From assembly GCA_003971905.1 (NCBI GenBank), contig RSEE01000052.1, positions 1 through 64,000 on the forward strand: a DNA stretch of 64,000 nucleotides, written 5' to 3'. Below, in pieces: positions 36,352 through 49,647 of the stretch (within the stretch, counting starts at the first letter, position 1; every line of letters starts with the position of its first letter). Made by a program: the position numbers and the translations under genes. The DNA comes from Moniliella sp. 'wahieum' (Eukaryota). The notes below the pieces were generated by a model, which saw only the letters and a list, made by a program, of their open reading frames with translations, was not told the DNA's origin and made no database searches.

Positions 36352-38219
36352 ATGCTCCCCAAGTCCATCCTTCGCATGCCGCTTTCCGCTCATACGCGCG
36401 GGATGGCTACCTCGGCCGCTCGGCACAACGGCTCCTTGCCCGGATCCCCTCTACCATCCATCCTTGGGTCCAGGGCGCCCCCCTTCCGGCCACTGGCCAC
36501 GACTGGCTCGCAATCCAGAACCCTGCGACACAGCAAGAGCTTACGCGCCTCGCCCACCCTACCGCGGCGCAACTCGACGCGGCGCTCGATTCGGCCACAC
36601 GGCGTTCCTCGCGTCGCGTCAAGGTGGCCTTGGAGGATGGGGCACGCCGCATGTGCGGGCAGGGGCGTTGCGCAAGCTCGCCTCGTTGCTGCGTGTGCAC
36701 ACCCCGCGCTTAGCTAGTATCGAGGTAAGTCAAACGGACGGTGTGCGCGCGAGTTGGGTGCCCAGCTGGGTAGGCTAGACGAATGGTGCGAGTACTTTGC
36801 TTCGCTACTTTCGGTCGAAGCCCCCAGTCTCCGTCCGGTGCGGGGCAAACAGATGAACGTTGTCGAACGTCTTCCGCTTGGGTCGTGCTTCAGGTGACGC
36901 CGTACAACCACCCCCTTCTCATTGCGCTCAAGAAGATCGCACCGGCGTTAGCGTGAGTACCAGTCATTACTTACGTGCAAGGTGAGAATGAACTGACCAT
37001 CACCCGGGGCAATGCGGTTCTGGTCAAGGCATCCGAAGTGGCACCCCTCACTGTCTTGGCCTTGGGGGAGCTGGCTAAGGAAGCCGGTGTGCCGGATGGA
37101 ATGCTCAACATTCTTCCTGGCCGAGGCGAGGAAATTTGCAGCCACTTGCTCAATGACCCGGGCCAAAGGGTGCGTAAAGTGGACCTAACAGGCGGGACGA
37201 AAGCAGGTTATGCGCTTGGTGCGATGACAGGCAAAAATCTGATCCCTTTACTGCCGAGCTGGGCGGGAAGGCACCTGTTGTGGTGGCTGAGGATGCAGCA
37301 CTTGAACCCGCGGTCAATGGAACCGCGTTTGCGGCCTACGTGGCATCGGGCCAAACCTGCGTAACGGCATCAGGGCGATTGTGCACGAAAAGGTGTATGG
37401 GTCATTTGTTGAGAAATTGGTGGAGAAGGCAAAGAAGATCACTGAGCAAATTGGGGACCGTATGTCGTGAACCGCTTGTGAAAGTGAAGAAAAGGAACTG
37501 ACTGGGCTACTTACATTTTAGCTTCTGACCCTGCCACGGGGCTGGGTAGTCTCATCTCCCAGACTCACCGCAACAAGGTACAAGGCTTTGTTGACCGTGC
37601 CGTCGAGGCGGGGGCTTGGAAGGTGATCACGGGAGGAGCGCCCTTGATTGGCAGGCTACTGAGCGGGCCCGGGCGACGCAGTTTGACTTGACGTTGGGTG
37701 CGTTTTATCCCCCCACGGTCCTTGTACCCCGGGATGGTGTTCGCCGCCGAGACGTACACCTCGACGGAAATTTGGAACGAGATGTATTTGGACCAGTGCT
37801 TCTGTCGTCCCGGCCAAAGACGATTCCGATGCCTTGCATTTGGCCAATCAGTCCAAGTACGCTTTGGGAGGCAGTGTGGGACCGAGAGCGTGCGTACTTT
37901 TCCCTAGTCTTGTGCGCCAATTAACCTGCCTTTCTTCTTGGATAGCTTTCGCGTTCCCACACGTGATGGATGGACTGAACGCAGGGGTGGTCTGGTGCAA
38001 CGTTCACCATCGCAACGACCCCTCTTCTCCCTGGGGAGGCATCGTTGCCACAGGTCGGCTAGAAGCATGTCCGTCCGGGAGTGGGATGGGTAGTGAGAAT
38101 GGGCCGGAGGCGCTGCATGAGTACACTGTCTGCCGAGCCGTACTGTTTCCTTGCTCGCAGAAGACGTTTGGCAACGGACGATTGGTTCGCCGAGCGGCAA
38201 CCCGGCGCGCTACGGCTAA
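36352..38219 (+). CDS. NAD-dependent aldehyde dehydrogenase
   Basis: VTPYNHP..IALKKIAPALA, GNAVLVKASEVAP, KVDLTGG, AELGGKAP, ASGQTC (catalytic Cys), HHRNDPSSPWGG, GSENGPEA; several introns (e.g. about 37459-37521) and frameshifts; presequence-like N-terminus. Confidence 0.9.
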
Positions 38220-38328
38220 TCCGTATATCGCAAGGGGGAAGGTGGTATTGATAAAAAGTGAACTACGAGCGGGTAAGGTCGTCAGGAAGGATACAGGAAA
38301 TAAGGGGTGGGGGGGGGGGAAGATAGGT

Positions 38329-39711
38329 TTACTGTCGACATCGAGCACGATGCGGCCGGCCAGCTTTCCTCGTGCATGGCCTTGTAACTTCATTGAGTTC
38401 GGTGAGGCCCTTGGTGTGGTAAATCACCTTGACTGCCCTGTGCCGCAAGCTTCAACGTCATCGATCGCGTCTTGCCGGTTGCCACGATCGAGCCGACAAT
38501 CCGTTTGGCGGTGACTGATGGTGTGTCAAGATATCAGCTTGGATAGCTGCGCCGGGGCATGCCGACGGAAACGAGGGTACCACGGGGCCGGATGTACGAC
38601 AAGGCTTGGGTATAGGCTCCCGGTGACGCGCGCGACGCAGCTGCGTGCGCTCCCAACCCCCCCGTGATGGCCTTGACGTCGGCAACAATATCCTTGGATT
38701 CCTTAAAGTCGATCCAGGCATCTGCCCCAAGCTCCTTGCACAGCGCCTTCTTCTCGGCCCCGGTGTCAATCGCAATCACACGGTACCCAAACGCAGCGGC
38801 GTATTGCACGCCCAAGTGCCCAAGTCCGCCTCCGGCACCAGGCATGACGACCCAATCTCCGGCTGCAAGTGGGCCTCGAGCAACGCACGGTAGATCGTCA
38901 CACCGGCACAAAGGATAGGCGCCGCATCCTGCAGCGGCAACGCTTCAGGGATGGGTGTCACATAGTTGGCTGGGGCAACAACGTATTGCTGGAAGGTACC
39001 ATCAACGTGGTAGCCCGAGTTTTGATGTGGGTGCACGTCGACTCGTGACCCACGCGGCAATATTCGCAGTTCAAGCACGCACTGGCCACCCACTTAATCC
39101 CCACCCGGTCCCCCAGTTGACATGTGCATCAGCCCCTTTGGCCATCTTGACCACCACTCCAGCTCCTTCGTGGCCACCCACCAAGGGCTCTCCCGTCGTC
39201 TCCACTTTGGTGGGCATAGGCCAGTCGCCTAGCATGGCATGCAAATCACTGGCCTCAACAGTCAGTTTAGGTTCGCACATCGTAGAGGAGGACGTACGTG
39301 TGGCAGACACCAGTGTAGGTGATGCGGACCAAGACTTCGCCGACCTTGAGCTGGACTTTGGACGGGTCATAAGTCACTATCCGGCAGGGGCCGCCCTTCT
39401 TGTCAAAGACGGCCTTGACTGCAGAGGTGGGGATGGTAAGGTCTTTTTCCCGGGGATCGTTCAGGTTTGCCTGAGTAACGAAGGAGGCTTGGGAGGAAGA
39501 GTAGGGTAGGCAGCAGGGGCAGGGCGGGAAACGCCATGAGCCAAGGAGGGTGCAGCGCATGAGAGCAGAAGCGCTTTGTCGGGTCAAGCCCCACACGCTT
39601 CTGTTCGTCATGGCCATAACCACGCTGGGACGGAACGCGGCCCAGGAGGAAGTGGCGAGACGTAGCTGCTGCGGTAGGGCGCGTTCGCCCGCACGAGCCA
39701 AGCAAAGCCAT
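38329..39711 (-). CDS. Zn-dependent medium-chain alcohol dehydrogenase (ADH1/AdhP-like)
   Basis: YTGVCHT|DLHAM (intron about 39251-39297), [42 protein letters not shown]. The start is uncertain (possible mitochondrial presequence from ATG 39709-39711). Confidence 0.9.
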
Positions 39712-41814
39712 GGTGGTGGTGAGATGGAAACGAGAGCAGACAAGGGGGCGGCTCAGGTGATGCACCTCCAACCCGTTCAGTTTTTTATATTCACCGATCG
39801 CACGGGGACCAACATCACCAGCGCGGGGGGCGAGGGATATAAGCTTCACCCCTCGTTCTTCGGTCCACCCGTCGCCTTGCTGCATAGCGCGTGTGGTATG
39901 TCCCGTAACGCGTAACGCGTAAACGTCAAACGTTACCCGCAGCCGGCACGATGAGTCGGAGGGCACGTCGCTGCCTCAGCAGGACACTCCCCACCTTGGG
40001 ACCTCTTGCCGAGGCGGAAACCAGCCCTCTGCCGCTTGAAGCTGCATCGAAGTTGCTGCGGAAACGGGGTGATACTGACGTCTAACGTCGATGGTGAATA
40101 TGATCGATGACTCGAGCGGGTGGTGGTGGGCGAAGATGGGGCATGTCGATGAGATGCCGAGGACGGATGATGAATAGGATCCATGATGCATGATAATCGA
40201 TAACGGCGAGTGACTTGGGGATGCTCCGTGTGACATGTGACAGCGGTATCGATCGTCGACTATCGATGGATCTGACGCATTGCTGCGTTAATGGGACGGT
40301 GGCGATGGGCAGAGCGGCAAGCTGAGAAGTTGGTAGGGATGGGCTGAGAAGCGGGGGAGTGGGGAGCGAGCTGCTAGGTTATGATGTCGGTTCCGCTCGT
40401 TTCAACCCCTCAAACATTCGATTTTGCCGGCAGCAGCAGGCACTCGGCAGCCCTAGAATACCGGCGGCACAAGTAACTAGTAAGGACCACGGCAGCGGCG
40501 GCTCGGCTATAGTCACAGTACGGAATACCCCAAGGAAACCTGCGCTGGCCAACTGACCGCCCAGAACGGGGATACTGTCTTCCTTGTGATCCGTCTGCCT
40601 GTCCGATGGATTGTCCGGGCCTGTTGGCGCTGGGGCGTATGCACCTCTCCAGGTCCCACATTTGACACGTGTGGGCTGACGGAAATAATATATGCCGTCG
40701 ACTTTTTGAACGTGCCGATGAGAGCCGCCGACCCGCCGGGGGACTGCCGAGGCCCTCTGGAATCTCCAGGATCTACCGCAGTACTCAACGTACTCAAAAA
40801 ACTCAACTATACACTTAGTACTGCTCCGCACCAGTACCGATTTCCGGCACATAACTAGTTAGTCTTCTGTCTGTTAATATATCCGGCAGAGGGTTTTTGA
40901 AGCTTGAAGCTACGCTGGCACAGTATAACCCGCCCAACACATTTTAGCTGAAGAGCTACAGGACACAGGCTCGGCTACCTTCTGAAAATATGCCGGCTTA
41001 CCCGTTGTCCCCTGTAGCGACGTCCTGGTCCACCGGCTGTGGAGACCGCAGTGGATGCTGAAGTTTTAGACAGTAGCGTAAGCAATCGATTGCGGGCGAG
41101 AGATGGGTGTTGGTGGGAGGAAGTAGAACGAGGGCTACAGGAGAAGGCCACTACTAAGTAGTCATTGGCTTGCGCGGCTACGCGTTACGCGTTACGCGCG
41201 CTTCAGCAGTCTTCGGAGCCCGCGGAGCCTCGGGGCGAGGCCGGAAGTGCACCGCGGTTGGTGAAGCCAGTCACCATCGCAACACCCCTCTAGCTCTCGG
41301 GGCTGTTGAACAGCGTGGAAAATGCGGTGAACACCATCGGTTTGGGGTCGAGCTCTGTCCACAGTCCAGTACATTTCCTTCTCGAGCTTCGTGGGACCAT
41401 CGTACTCCGCCCCCTCCCTCCCGTCCACAAGGAACAGACGCAGATGGGAGGACTGTTGATTCCTTGTGGGCGTGTGCGCGAGCAGTTGACAATACACAAT
41501 AAGGCTTATCGTTGTCAACGCCATCTTGACATTGGTCGAACGGATGGGTTCGAACGAGGTTACCGGTTACGGTTATCAGTCATCGCTATCTCGATCACGA
41601 CCACTGCAAGACGGGATGCTGGAAGTGTCGGTGACTAGGCTCCCTGTCGAACTCGACGGTGAAGAAAGATGTAATGATGAATCCCAAAGGCATGCTTATA
41701 GAATACATTTTTTCTGGCCCCGCGATGGTGGGATGTATGTCCCACTGGCAGGGGGGAGTGGGGTGCATCAAAGCGAAGACGAGGGGGTGAAAGGAAAGAA
41801 AGATGGCTGACAGG

Positions 41815-44800
41815 TCAAGATGCTTGTGGTTGGATAGTGAGGCGGGAGGTGTCCAACGTCAACGGCCGCAGGGCCAACTTGTGCGCCCGCGAGCCCGACG
41901 TACGAAGGCTAGTGCTAGGTGGGGATGGGGTCTCGTCGCCACTTGTCCTGACTATCGGTACTTTCTTGGCCACCTTTTTTTTTCGGGGGTGACGCCAGAC
42001 CGTCAACCGAGATGGAAGTAGATGCACTGTTTTCCCTTGAGGACGAGTGGTCGCGTGTTGGGGTGGAAGAAGTCGAGCCGGGCAACTTGAGTCCACTCAC
42101 GTCCGATTTGGTGGTGTGCATCTCGCTGTACGCCTCGCTCAAGGCTTGTTGCAACGCACGAATCTGGGACTGTGCCTGCCGCTTCTCCGCTTCCAAGGAA
42201 ACGACGGCATTGTCCAAATCGCGTACCCGTAGCGACAGTTGCCGCCCATCCAACCCCAATGTCATGGTGCGCAGCGTCGAGGGTTTGCTCCGATGGCCCA
42301 GGGGGGGCTGGGAGCGCGTACTGGCCTGCGACGAGGGCCGCGACACACTAGGCGCTCGACGTCCACTGAGTCCTAGTGGCAATGAGGGGACAGGCGGGAC
42401 CTCGGTTTCCGAGGAAGACTCAAAGGTCCGTGCAATGGGTGGAACCGGTTGCAGCTTAAACGATTTCCGTCCGCCCGACCGCTGTCGGTCCGCACGTTTT
42501 GCCGTCCTGGACGGGGAGAAGGAAGAAGAGGAGAAGGCTGGGGAGGGAGGAGGGAGGCGCGGGGTCTGGGTCGGAGTTTGAGTCTGAGTCCGCACGCTGA
42601 GGGAGGGAGCTGAAGTGGAAGAAAGCACAGGAGAAGGAATTTCCAGCCCATGGTCCCGAAGTTCCTCCTCCAACAGGGTCCCGGGGGCGCTGTTTATTGG
42701 AATTCTGCAAGAAGAGGAAACAAGGTTAGCAAGAACCAGAGGGGGAGGTGGTCGCGGAGGGGAGAGGGCGTACCTGAGTTCGGTGTGGGCAGGAGTGCTC
42801 ACGAGGATACGGCCTCAATTGACTTATCCAGCAACCCCGCATACTCGTGAGGAACCGTTCCAGCCGAGCCTTCTCCTTGTGGGCGGATAAGACCTGTGCC
42901 CGGAGAGTGAATCAACGCCCGCATCTCCTTCACCTCCGCCACGATCCGAGCCCAGTCGGAGTGCAAGCTGCTCGCATCTGCCTTCCCTGAACCCGAGGAG
43001 GGGTCGAAATGGTGACCCCAGGACTGCGAGAGCGAAGAACAGGAGAAGGCCATGTCTCAGCCAGCTGGTTTTTGGGAACAGAAGAGGTCTCGTCCGCGCT
43101 GGCATTGGGAGTCACGTTTTGCGTCGAGACTGACTCTGAGGAACCGGGGGGGAAGAGCGATAGAAGCTCAGCCATCTCGGTCGCAGAGGGGGCGGCGCTG
43201 GCCCGGAAAGTGGCGGGAGGATTGGTCTCCATCCCCACCCCCCCCTTCGTCTCCAGCTCCACCCGCATCCCGGCCATCTCCCGGGCCATGTGCTCCTTCT
43301 CCGCATGGACATGGTCATACTGCTCCTGCAGACCGGAGAATTGGATGCGCAAGCGAGATTGCTCCTCCCTGAGAGCGGCGTGCTCCGCCAGAGATATGGG
43401 TGTCTCTTCCTGTGGGGGAAGATAACAGAGACATAGGTGCAAGCCTGCGGAGCGAAAGCCCAGCTTCCCCTTGCTCGTCGCCATCAGCGGTATCGGCGTG
43501 GGCACTGGTGCCGTCCTTCGAGGAATGGGAGGCAGGCACCAAGTCCTGTACCACCCCGGATACGGGAATGAGCAACTCCAGTTGGTCAGAGTTCGAGGTG
43601 AGGCTTTCAGAAGTGGGTGTGGCCAAAAACGAGTGTGAGCGTCAGGAGAGGACATTGATTCCGCGGGGTAGACGCGGCAACTTTCGATCCCGCCTTGAGC
43701 TCCATCAGTTCGAGCCAGCCGCTCGTTCGGCGGACAAACGCTGGCACTCGGCCCGCAGTACCGTCGTCTCCGCCGTCAACTCGGATGTGGCATGCTGGGC
43801 CTCGAGCGCCGCACGTTCCGCCACGTCCAGCCGTCCCGCCAGACCTGGCAACTCCATGTGGTCAAGCGATGTCACTGAGCCTGCCTTGCCCGTCCGCAGA
43901 GCCGAAACCAACCGCGTCTCCAGCTCGGCAACACGGGTACGTGAAGCTACCAGCTCAGGTTCAAGGGACGAGACGGTACGCTGTAGCGTGCGGGTCTTGT
44001 TCTCCAACCCCACCAACGTAGTATCTGGATCAACTGGCTGGCCTGCCTGGACTGGCGTGAGGGCAGCCTGCGCCTTGCTCAGTTCCTCCTCCAACAGCGT
44101 CACCTGCACGCCTTCTCCTGGGTCTCTTGCCGTGCCTGATCAACCGTCTCGCGCAGCTTCGCTACTGTCTCCTCCAAAGCAGATCGGTCCACCTCTACCG
44201 ACTTGAGCATGGCCGCGGCGTCCTGAGCAAGCGTGGTCTTGGCCAGATCCTCCTGGTAGCGTGACACGGTGGTGAGCAGTTCCTTGAGTTGCTGGGATAA
44301 GACCTCCGTCTCGCTCGGCTTGGCCGGGCGGGGGTCGGTCCCCGTGGAAGGGGTGTTGATTTCCATCTCAGTTGCCGTCCCCTCCTTCTCCATATCGGTC
44401 TCCACGGTCGAAGTGCTGGACCGGTGCACCCGTCCCCCCAAGCGCTCCAACTCATCAAGCGCATCACTAATGTGCTCCGAGAGGGAGGAGATGAGGGAAT
44501 CAATGTTTTGCCCGGCCGTTTCCCGCTCACGAGGGGCGGTGACGCCCTTGATCTGAAGCAGCAAGTTGTCCATCTCTTCCCGTCCATCCACCTTACCCAG
44601 CATCTTGGCACCCGACGATCCTCCTCACGCAACCGTGCCTCGGCCGACTCGAGTCGCGCCTCAAACGCCAAAACAAGTCTTCCCGCTCTGCCAAGATTCT
44701 CCGCTCGGCTGCGACGGCCAATTCGAGCTGGCGCAACTCGCGCTCCGCCTCGTCCGCCCTGCGAACAGCTTGGTCCCGCTCGTCGCGCTGAGACCGTTGC

Positions 44801-47800
44801 AAGGTATCGGCATGGGTACGGAACGCGCACAGCGCGCTATTGTCCTTGTCCATCGTCCGTACCTCCCTCTCCATCGCACCCAACTTATCTTCCCACTCGC
44901 TCCGCGCCGTCTCCCGCTCGGCCAAAGCCAAGGCCAAATCTTCCTTGGCCTCCGCGGCGGTCCGCTGGGCCGCACGTAACGCCGCCTCCACCTCAGCCAG
45001 TGATGCAGCCGTTCCACCCCAGCCGCTGCTTGGTCCTGAGCCTGCACCAAAGTCTCCTTCATCTTCTGCTCGGCTTGCTGCGCCACCAGGAGCGCTGCGC
45101 TGACTTCTAACGATTCGATGCGCAGTGCGTTATGTTGGTCCAGCAATGTGCGATGCACGCGACGCAGTTCTTCCAACTTGCCCTCTGCCAATTGGGCACG
45201 CAACAGGACATTTTGGTCAGTCAACGCGTCCACAGCCTGAGCCGCGTCGGCGCGCACAGTCTCCGCCTCCTCCTGGGGCGCTCGGACGGGACGAAGGTAT
45301 CGTCAGAGGCACCCGACGCTGCTCGCGTCGTACGTTCTTGGGCCACCATTTCCAGTCGCCTGGCCAGGGACACCAGGTGAGTTTCGCGGCGTGCAAGGCG
45401 GCACGATGCAACTCGTCGCTTGTTTCGGTTTGTGCCATCTCTGCCCGCTCGGTGTGCGCAGGTCCGGGGACCAAGGCGGTTCGGTCAGATCCATCCGTTA
45501 CGCTCGGTGGATCGTGTGGTACGGCGTCCGTCTCGTTGCTCAACTTGCCTTCTGGGCCCGGGCCCGATGCACGTCGGGCCCGCGGCGCAGAGACAAGTTG
45601 ATCGGCTTGCCTAGTGGATTGAACTTGTTCCGTGGTCCGCTGGGCCTGGGCCAGGTGTTCATCCAGCTCCTCGACTCGTCTTTCCAGCCGCGCATGCTGG
45701 GAAGAGAGGTCAGCATGGACCTCCTGTAAGTTCGCATGGTCCGTAACCAGAGTGGCATGTTGTTGCACCACCTGTTCATGCTGCTCCTCGAGGAACTGGT
45801 GGCTCTGCTGCAAAACCTGGTGCTGTGCGAGCAAACGTTGGTGATTGTGCGTCAACTCGTCGCGTTCAGCTTGCAGCTGCGCATGGGCTTGGGCCACTTC
45901 TTCATGCGCCCGGGCCAAGTGGGCATGCTTCGTTTGCCACTCCTCGCACTGGGCCAGGACCGAAGCGTGGTTAGCTTGAACCTGATCCCACGCCGCAGTC
46001 AACTGGATCAACTCGTGGGCTGCCGTTTCGGCCTGGGCATGGGCTCGAGCCTCGGCATCGGCCAGGAGCTGTTTCCAGCGGTCGTGCTCTTGCTGGACAT
46101 GCTGTTCCCACTGGTGAATGGTACTTTGGTGGTCGGTCCGTTCTTGGGCGAGGTGTGCTTGATACGTCTCGTTGGCCACCTGGTTCGCATGCACTTGGGC
46201 TGCATGCCGTTCCTGCCACTGCGCCAGCTCCCGTTCCAATGCAGCCTGCTCCGCACGGTGCTGGGCCACCAAGGCGGCATGCTGAGCAACTGCTTGGCGC
46301 GCTCGGTCCAGCTCGCTCTCCATGCTGCCAGCTTTAAGGGCAATGATCTGCATCGCCTTGGAAAACGAGATGGACTCTGCGTCGGTCGATGGTGGGGAAG
46401 CCAATGCTGCTGTAGCTGCAGCCAACAACTCCTCTTCTCGGGAAACCGACGGGTTGGGAAGAGCATCGGACGAAGCGTGTCCCGCATCGGAACCGTGGGG
46501 AGCGGGCGCAGCAGGGGCCGAAGAAGGCGAGACGGGCATCCGGGCCAGTTGGCGCGACAGGGCAGCCGAATGGTGCGCCACCAGGGCTTTGCGCAGCCCA
46601 GCAACCTTGTCTGACAACGCGGCGGCTTGGTCTAGGGCTTGGGCTGCTTGAGCCTGGGTCAGTTTAGTTTGGGCGTCGGCCAATTCGGCGCGTAAGAGTG
46701 CCATCCGATTCTCGGTACGGTCTTCTCCCTGGGAAGGGCTAGTGCTTTTGGATCTTGGTCGTTCGGGGTGAAGGGAAAAGTACCCCCCGGCGCTGTAGGG
46801 TAAAGGCGAGGTAAGGGGGGGCAGATGGCAGAGTAGGCCCGGTCGAGAGGGAGGAGAGGATAGGCACATCTGGGTCCGTTAGTTCTTCCATCTGTTCTGG
46901 TGGCAGAGATACGGCCAAGGGAGGAGGTACAGGCGAGCTGCCGGGGTGACCGATGGGCGGTCGGGCAACGCGCCCGGTCGAACAGATGGCGTAGCGCCCG
47001 GGGTGGTGCCGGGGACAGACCTTCGGTCGAGGGGGCAGGCGGAGGTGGACCGGGCGTGGCTCCTGTCCTTAGACTGGGCAGGGGTGCCATACCGAACGGG
47101 TCGCCCAGTACGTCCAGGTGCATGGGTAAGAGCGGAGGCAAGCCCATCGACGCGTCGGGTGGGTCGCCACCTTCGTCGGTATCGGTCGGGTGGGCGTCGC
47201 TATCGCTCTCCTGGCGTGAGCTGGCACGATGGAAGGACGAGTGCTCGAAGGAGCTGGAGGAAAGGGAGCGGGAAGGGGAGCTGGGGAGGGCGGATCTGGG
47301 AGGTAGCTCAGGCCGTCAGGACCGGGACCAGGGTGGGCGTAAATGTCCAGTGCAGCATCGAGGAGGGAAGCGCGCGACGGACGCCAGGGGCACGGGGCGG
47401 AGAGGGGGGGGCTGGGCGTGGTGTGGTCGCTCCAATGGCTGAGCCAGCCAGCACGTCCAGGGCAGAGTAGTGGGCCGAGGGGGGGCGGAGGCTGTCGGGC
47501 GCACTGACACTGGATGCGGGCGCAGTCGGGGTAGGAAGAAACTCGGCACGCAGGCCCCCGCCCAAGCCGGCGCCCAGTGCCGGTTCCCCAGCATCACCGT
47601 CGAACGCAAGGACAGGCGCGTCTAATTTTGCGGCAGACGAGGAAGGGGGCGGGAGCGGGGGCAGGTCGAGTGGCCCGCAAGGAAGAGGGGGGGAGGAGTC
47701 GCGTGCGCGGGCCTGGAGCTCGTGGACGCTGAGCAGGCGGGCGAGCGAGGGACGGGCGATACGCGACTGGCGTACGGCGCGGACGATGGCATGGGCGTGC

Positions 47801-47854
47801 TCCTCGTCCTCATCGTGGTTCAGGCCATCGTCGTCGTCGTCGTCGTCGTCGTCT

Positions 47855-47890
<36 letters not shown>

Positions 47891-48015
47891 TTATCGGTGG
47901 CAGTGTCGGAGTCGTTGGTGGCCTGGGTGGAGAGGGAGAGGTCGTCGCTGTCGGAGGAGGGAGGGCTGGAGGGCAGAGGGAGGCGTGCGGGGCGGGCAGG
48001 GCAGGGGGAGGGCAT
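41815..48015 (-). CDS. Long coiled-coil protein of unknown function
   Basis: A chain of overlapping minus-strand frames rich in E/Q/A/L heptads (e.g. 45217-46869, 44100-44603, 43705-44109, 41915-42802); poly-Asp near the N-terminus; many frameshifts. Confidence 0.65.
47828..47889 (-). repeat. (GAC)n microsatellite encoding poly-Asp
   Basis: About 20 TCG units on + with one interruption. Confidence 0.9.
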
Positions 48016-49189
48016 GGAGGGGGGGCGGGTGGGGAAGACGAAGGTGGCCCGCGAGTCGACGGCCGGTGGGTGGGGTGGGGTGGGGGTGGGGGTGGGGCGC
48101 GCTGGGAGGCAGAGAAGCAGCAGGAAGCACCCTGGGCGTCCTGGGCCGCCTGTCTGCCGGACGCGACGGCCAGTGCCTGAGACCAGCCACAGCAGCGCCT
48201 GCAGGCACCGCACACCGCCGCCCCGCCTGGCACAGCAGCACACGCCCGCCCAGCCAGCCCAGTGTCCCGCCGCGGCCTGCCGCTGCGCTGAGCGCCGACG
48301 GGTGATGCTGGCGTGCTGCTGGGCAGCCGCCTTCCCCGCTGGCTCAGGCGCCATGCCTGGGCGGCTGCGCCGATCGGCAGCCGGGCACCCGCCCCCAGCA
48401 GAAGGGGAGCCCGTGGGGAGCGGGTGGGGCAGTAGGGTTGGACGCAGCGCCTCTGTGCTACTGCGGGGGCCTCCGCATGGAAGACTGGGCCAGTGCGGGC
48501 GGGTGGGCGCTGGCTGAGCATGCAGGAAGTGAGCACGGCGGCAGTGTCGCATGTCAGTACTCACTAACTCGCACTGAGACTCGGTCTGACTCTGCATCAG
48601 CAGGTGGAAGTGTGGCCTGGTGCGACCCACCGCCGGCCACCGCACAGCTCGTCCGCGGCTGTTCCGCGCTCCCTGCTCTCTGCCACACCCGGCGCATCGG
48701 GCCAGGGTGCCTGACGCATCCATCATCCATCGTCAATCACACACCATGCCTGAGGCGAACAGTGCCCCCAACGGGTATCATGCAACCATGTATCACCGGT
48801 TGACAAATTACCTCTGTCCCATCAGCTCCTCGATGGTCCAACGGCTATGATGTGACGCTCTCACTGCCCCCGCAGGAACCGTCAAGACCCGGGTTGACTC
48901 CCGGTCGGGGAACTTTTTGCGATCCAAAGCACTATCTTCTCCCCTTTGTCCCTCAGGCTTCAGGTGCACCCATCGATATCTCATCCATTCAGCCCCAGCG
49001 CGGCTGTCCCAGTTGGCCTTCATCCGCATCCAGCACAGTCGATGAGCTCCTAGGAGGAGATACCCAGTCCTGCCACCCTGGCCTCCCCCATTTATTTCCC
49101 ACCGCGAACCAAGGGCAAGGGGGACGGATTACGTACGCGACGCCCGTGCACTGCGCCCCTGGGTTGGATGGGTGGTGTGGAGCACCGCC

Positions 49190-49245
49190 CCCTCCACCGC
49201 CTCCACCGCCTCCACCGCCTCCACCGCCTCCGCCACCCCCCCCCG
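49190..49245 (+). repeat. (CCTCCACCG)n C-rich repeat upstream of the WOPR gene
   Basis: Tandem CCTCCACCG x4-5 followed by a C-run. Confidence 0.8.
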
Positions 49246-49647
49246 CCCCCTTTGCTCCCCACGGGGGTTTGCTGTGTGGTATATATACCACCCATCCACC
49301 GCCTCCCCCCCCCCGTCTGGTTTTTGCTCCCACGCGGCCGCTCTCTCTCCCTCTCACCACCCGACCCTCTGGGACCTGGCCTGTCCTGGCCCCTCAATAT
49401 ACCCCACCGTCAGCCTGCTGCGTGATGTCTACCCCGGCTTTGGCCCCGCCTCCCCTCTGAGAATTGATTCTACAACCCGTGCGGCCCATCCCAGGGCATC
49501 TGCAACCTCCCTTTCCTCTCCCCTTGTCGCTGTGCTCTCGATACCAACCCCCCCGCTCCTCTTCTTCCCTCCGACGCACACGAACCCCTCCCTCTGACCG
49601 TGTACCCACCCCTGTGACGAGTGACGAGTGACACGTGACGACGCGCC

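Noticed and set aside
20801..39711. Calling the frameshifted genes pseudogenes
   Set aside because: Essential or conserved genes with intact motifs and indel-only damage fit sequencing error better.
47308..48726. Long GC-rich ORFs on alternative frames and strands (also 13396-14442, 18565-19554, 57520-58641)
   Set aside because: Mostly antisense shadows or low-complexity frames expected at this GC content; only the part of 47308-48726 from the ATG at 48015 onward is used in the coiled-coil gene call.
48750..48803. Frame ending CITG* as a possible CAAX pheromone
   Set aside because: No precursor-like start or repeated peptide, and a weak CAAX; likely chance.
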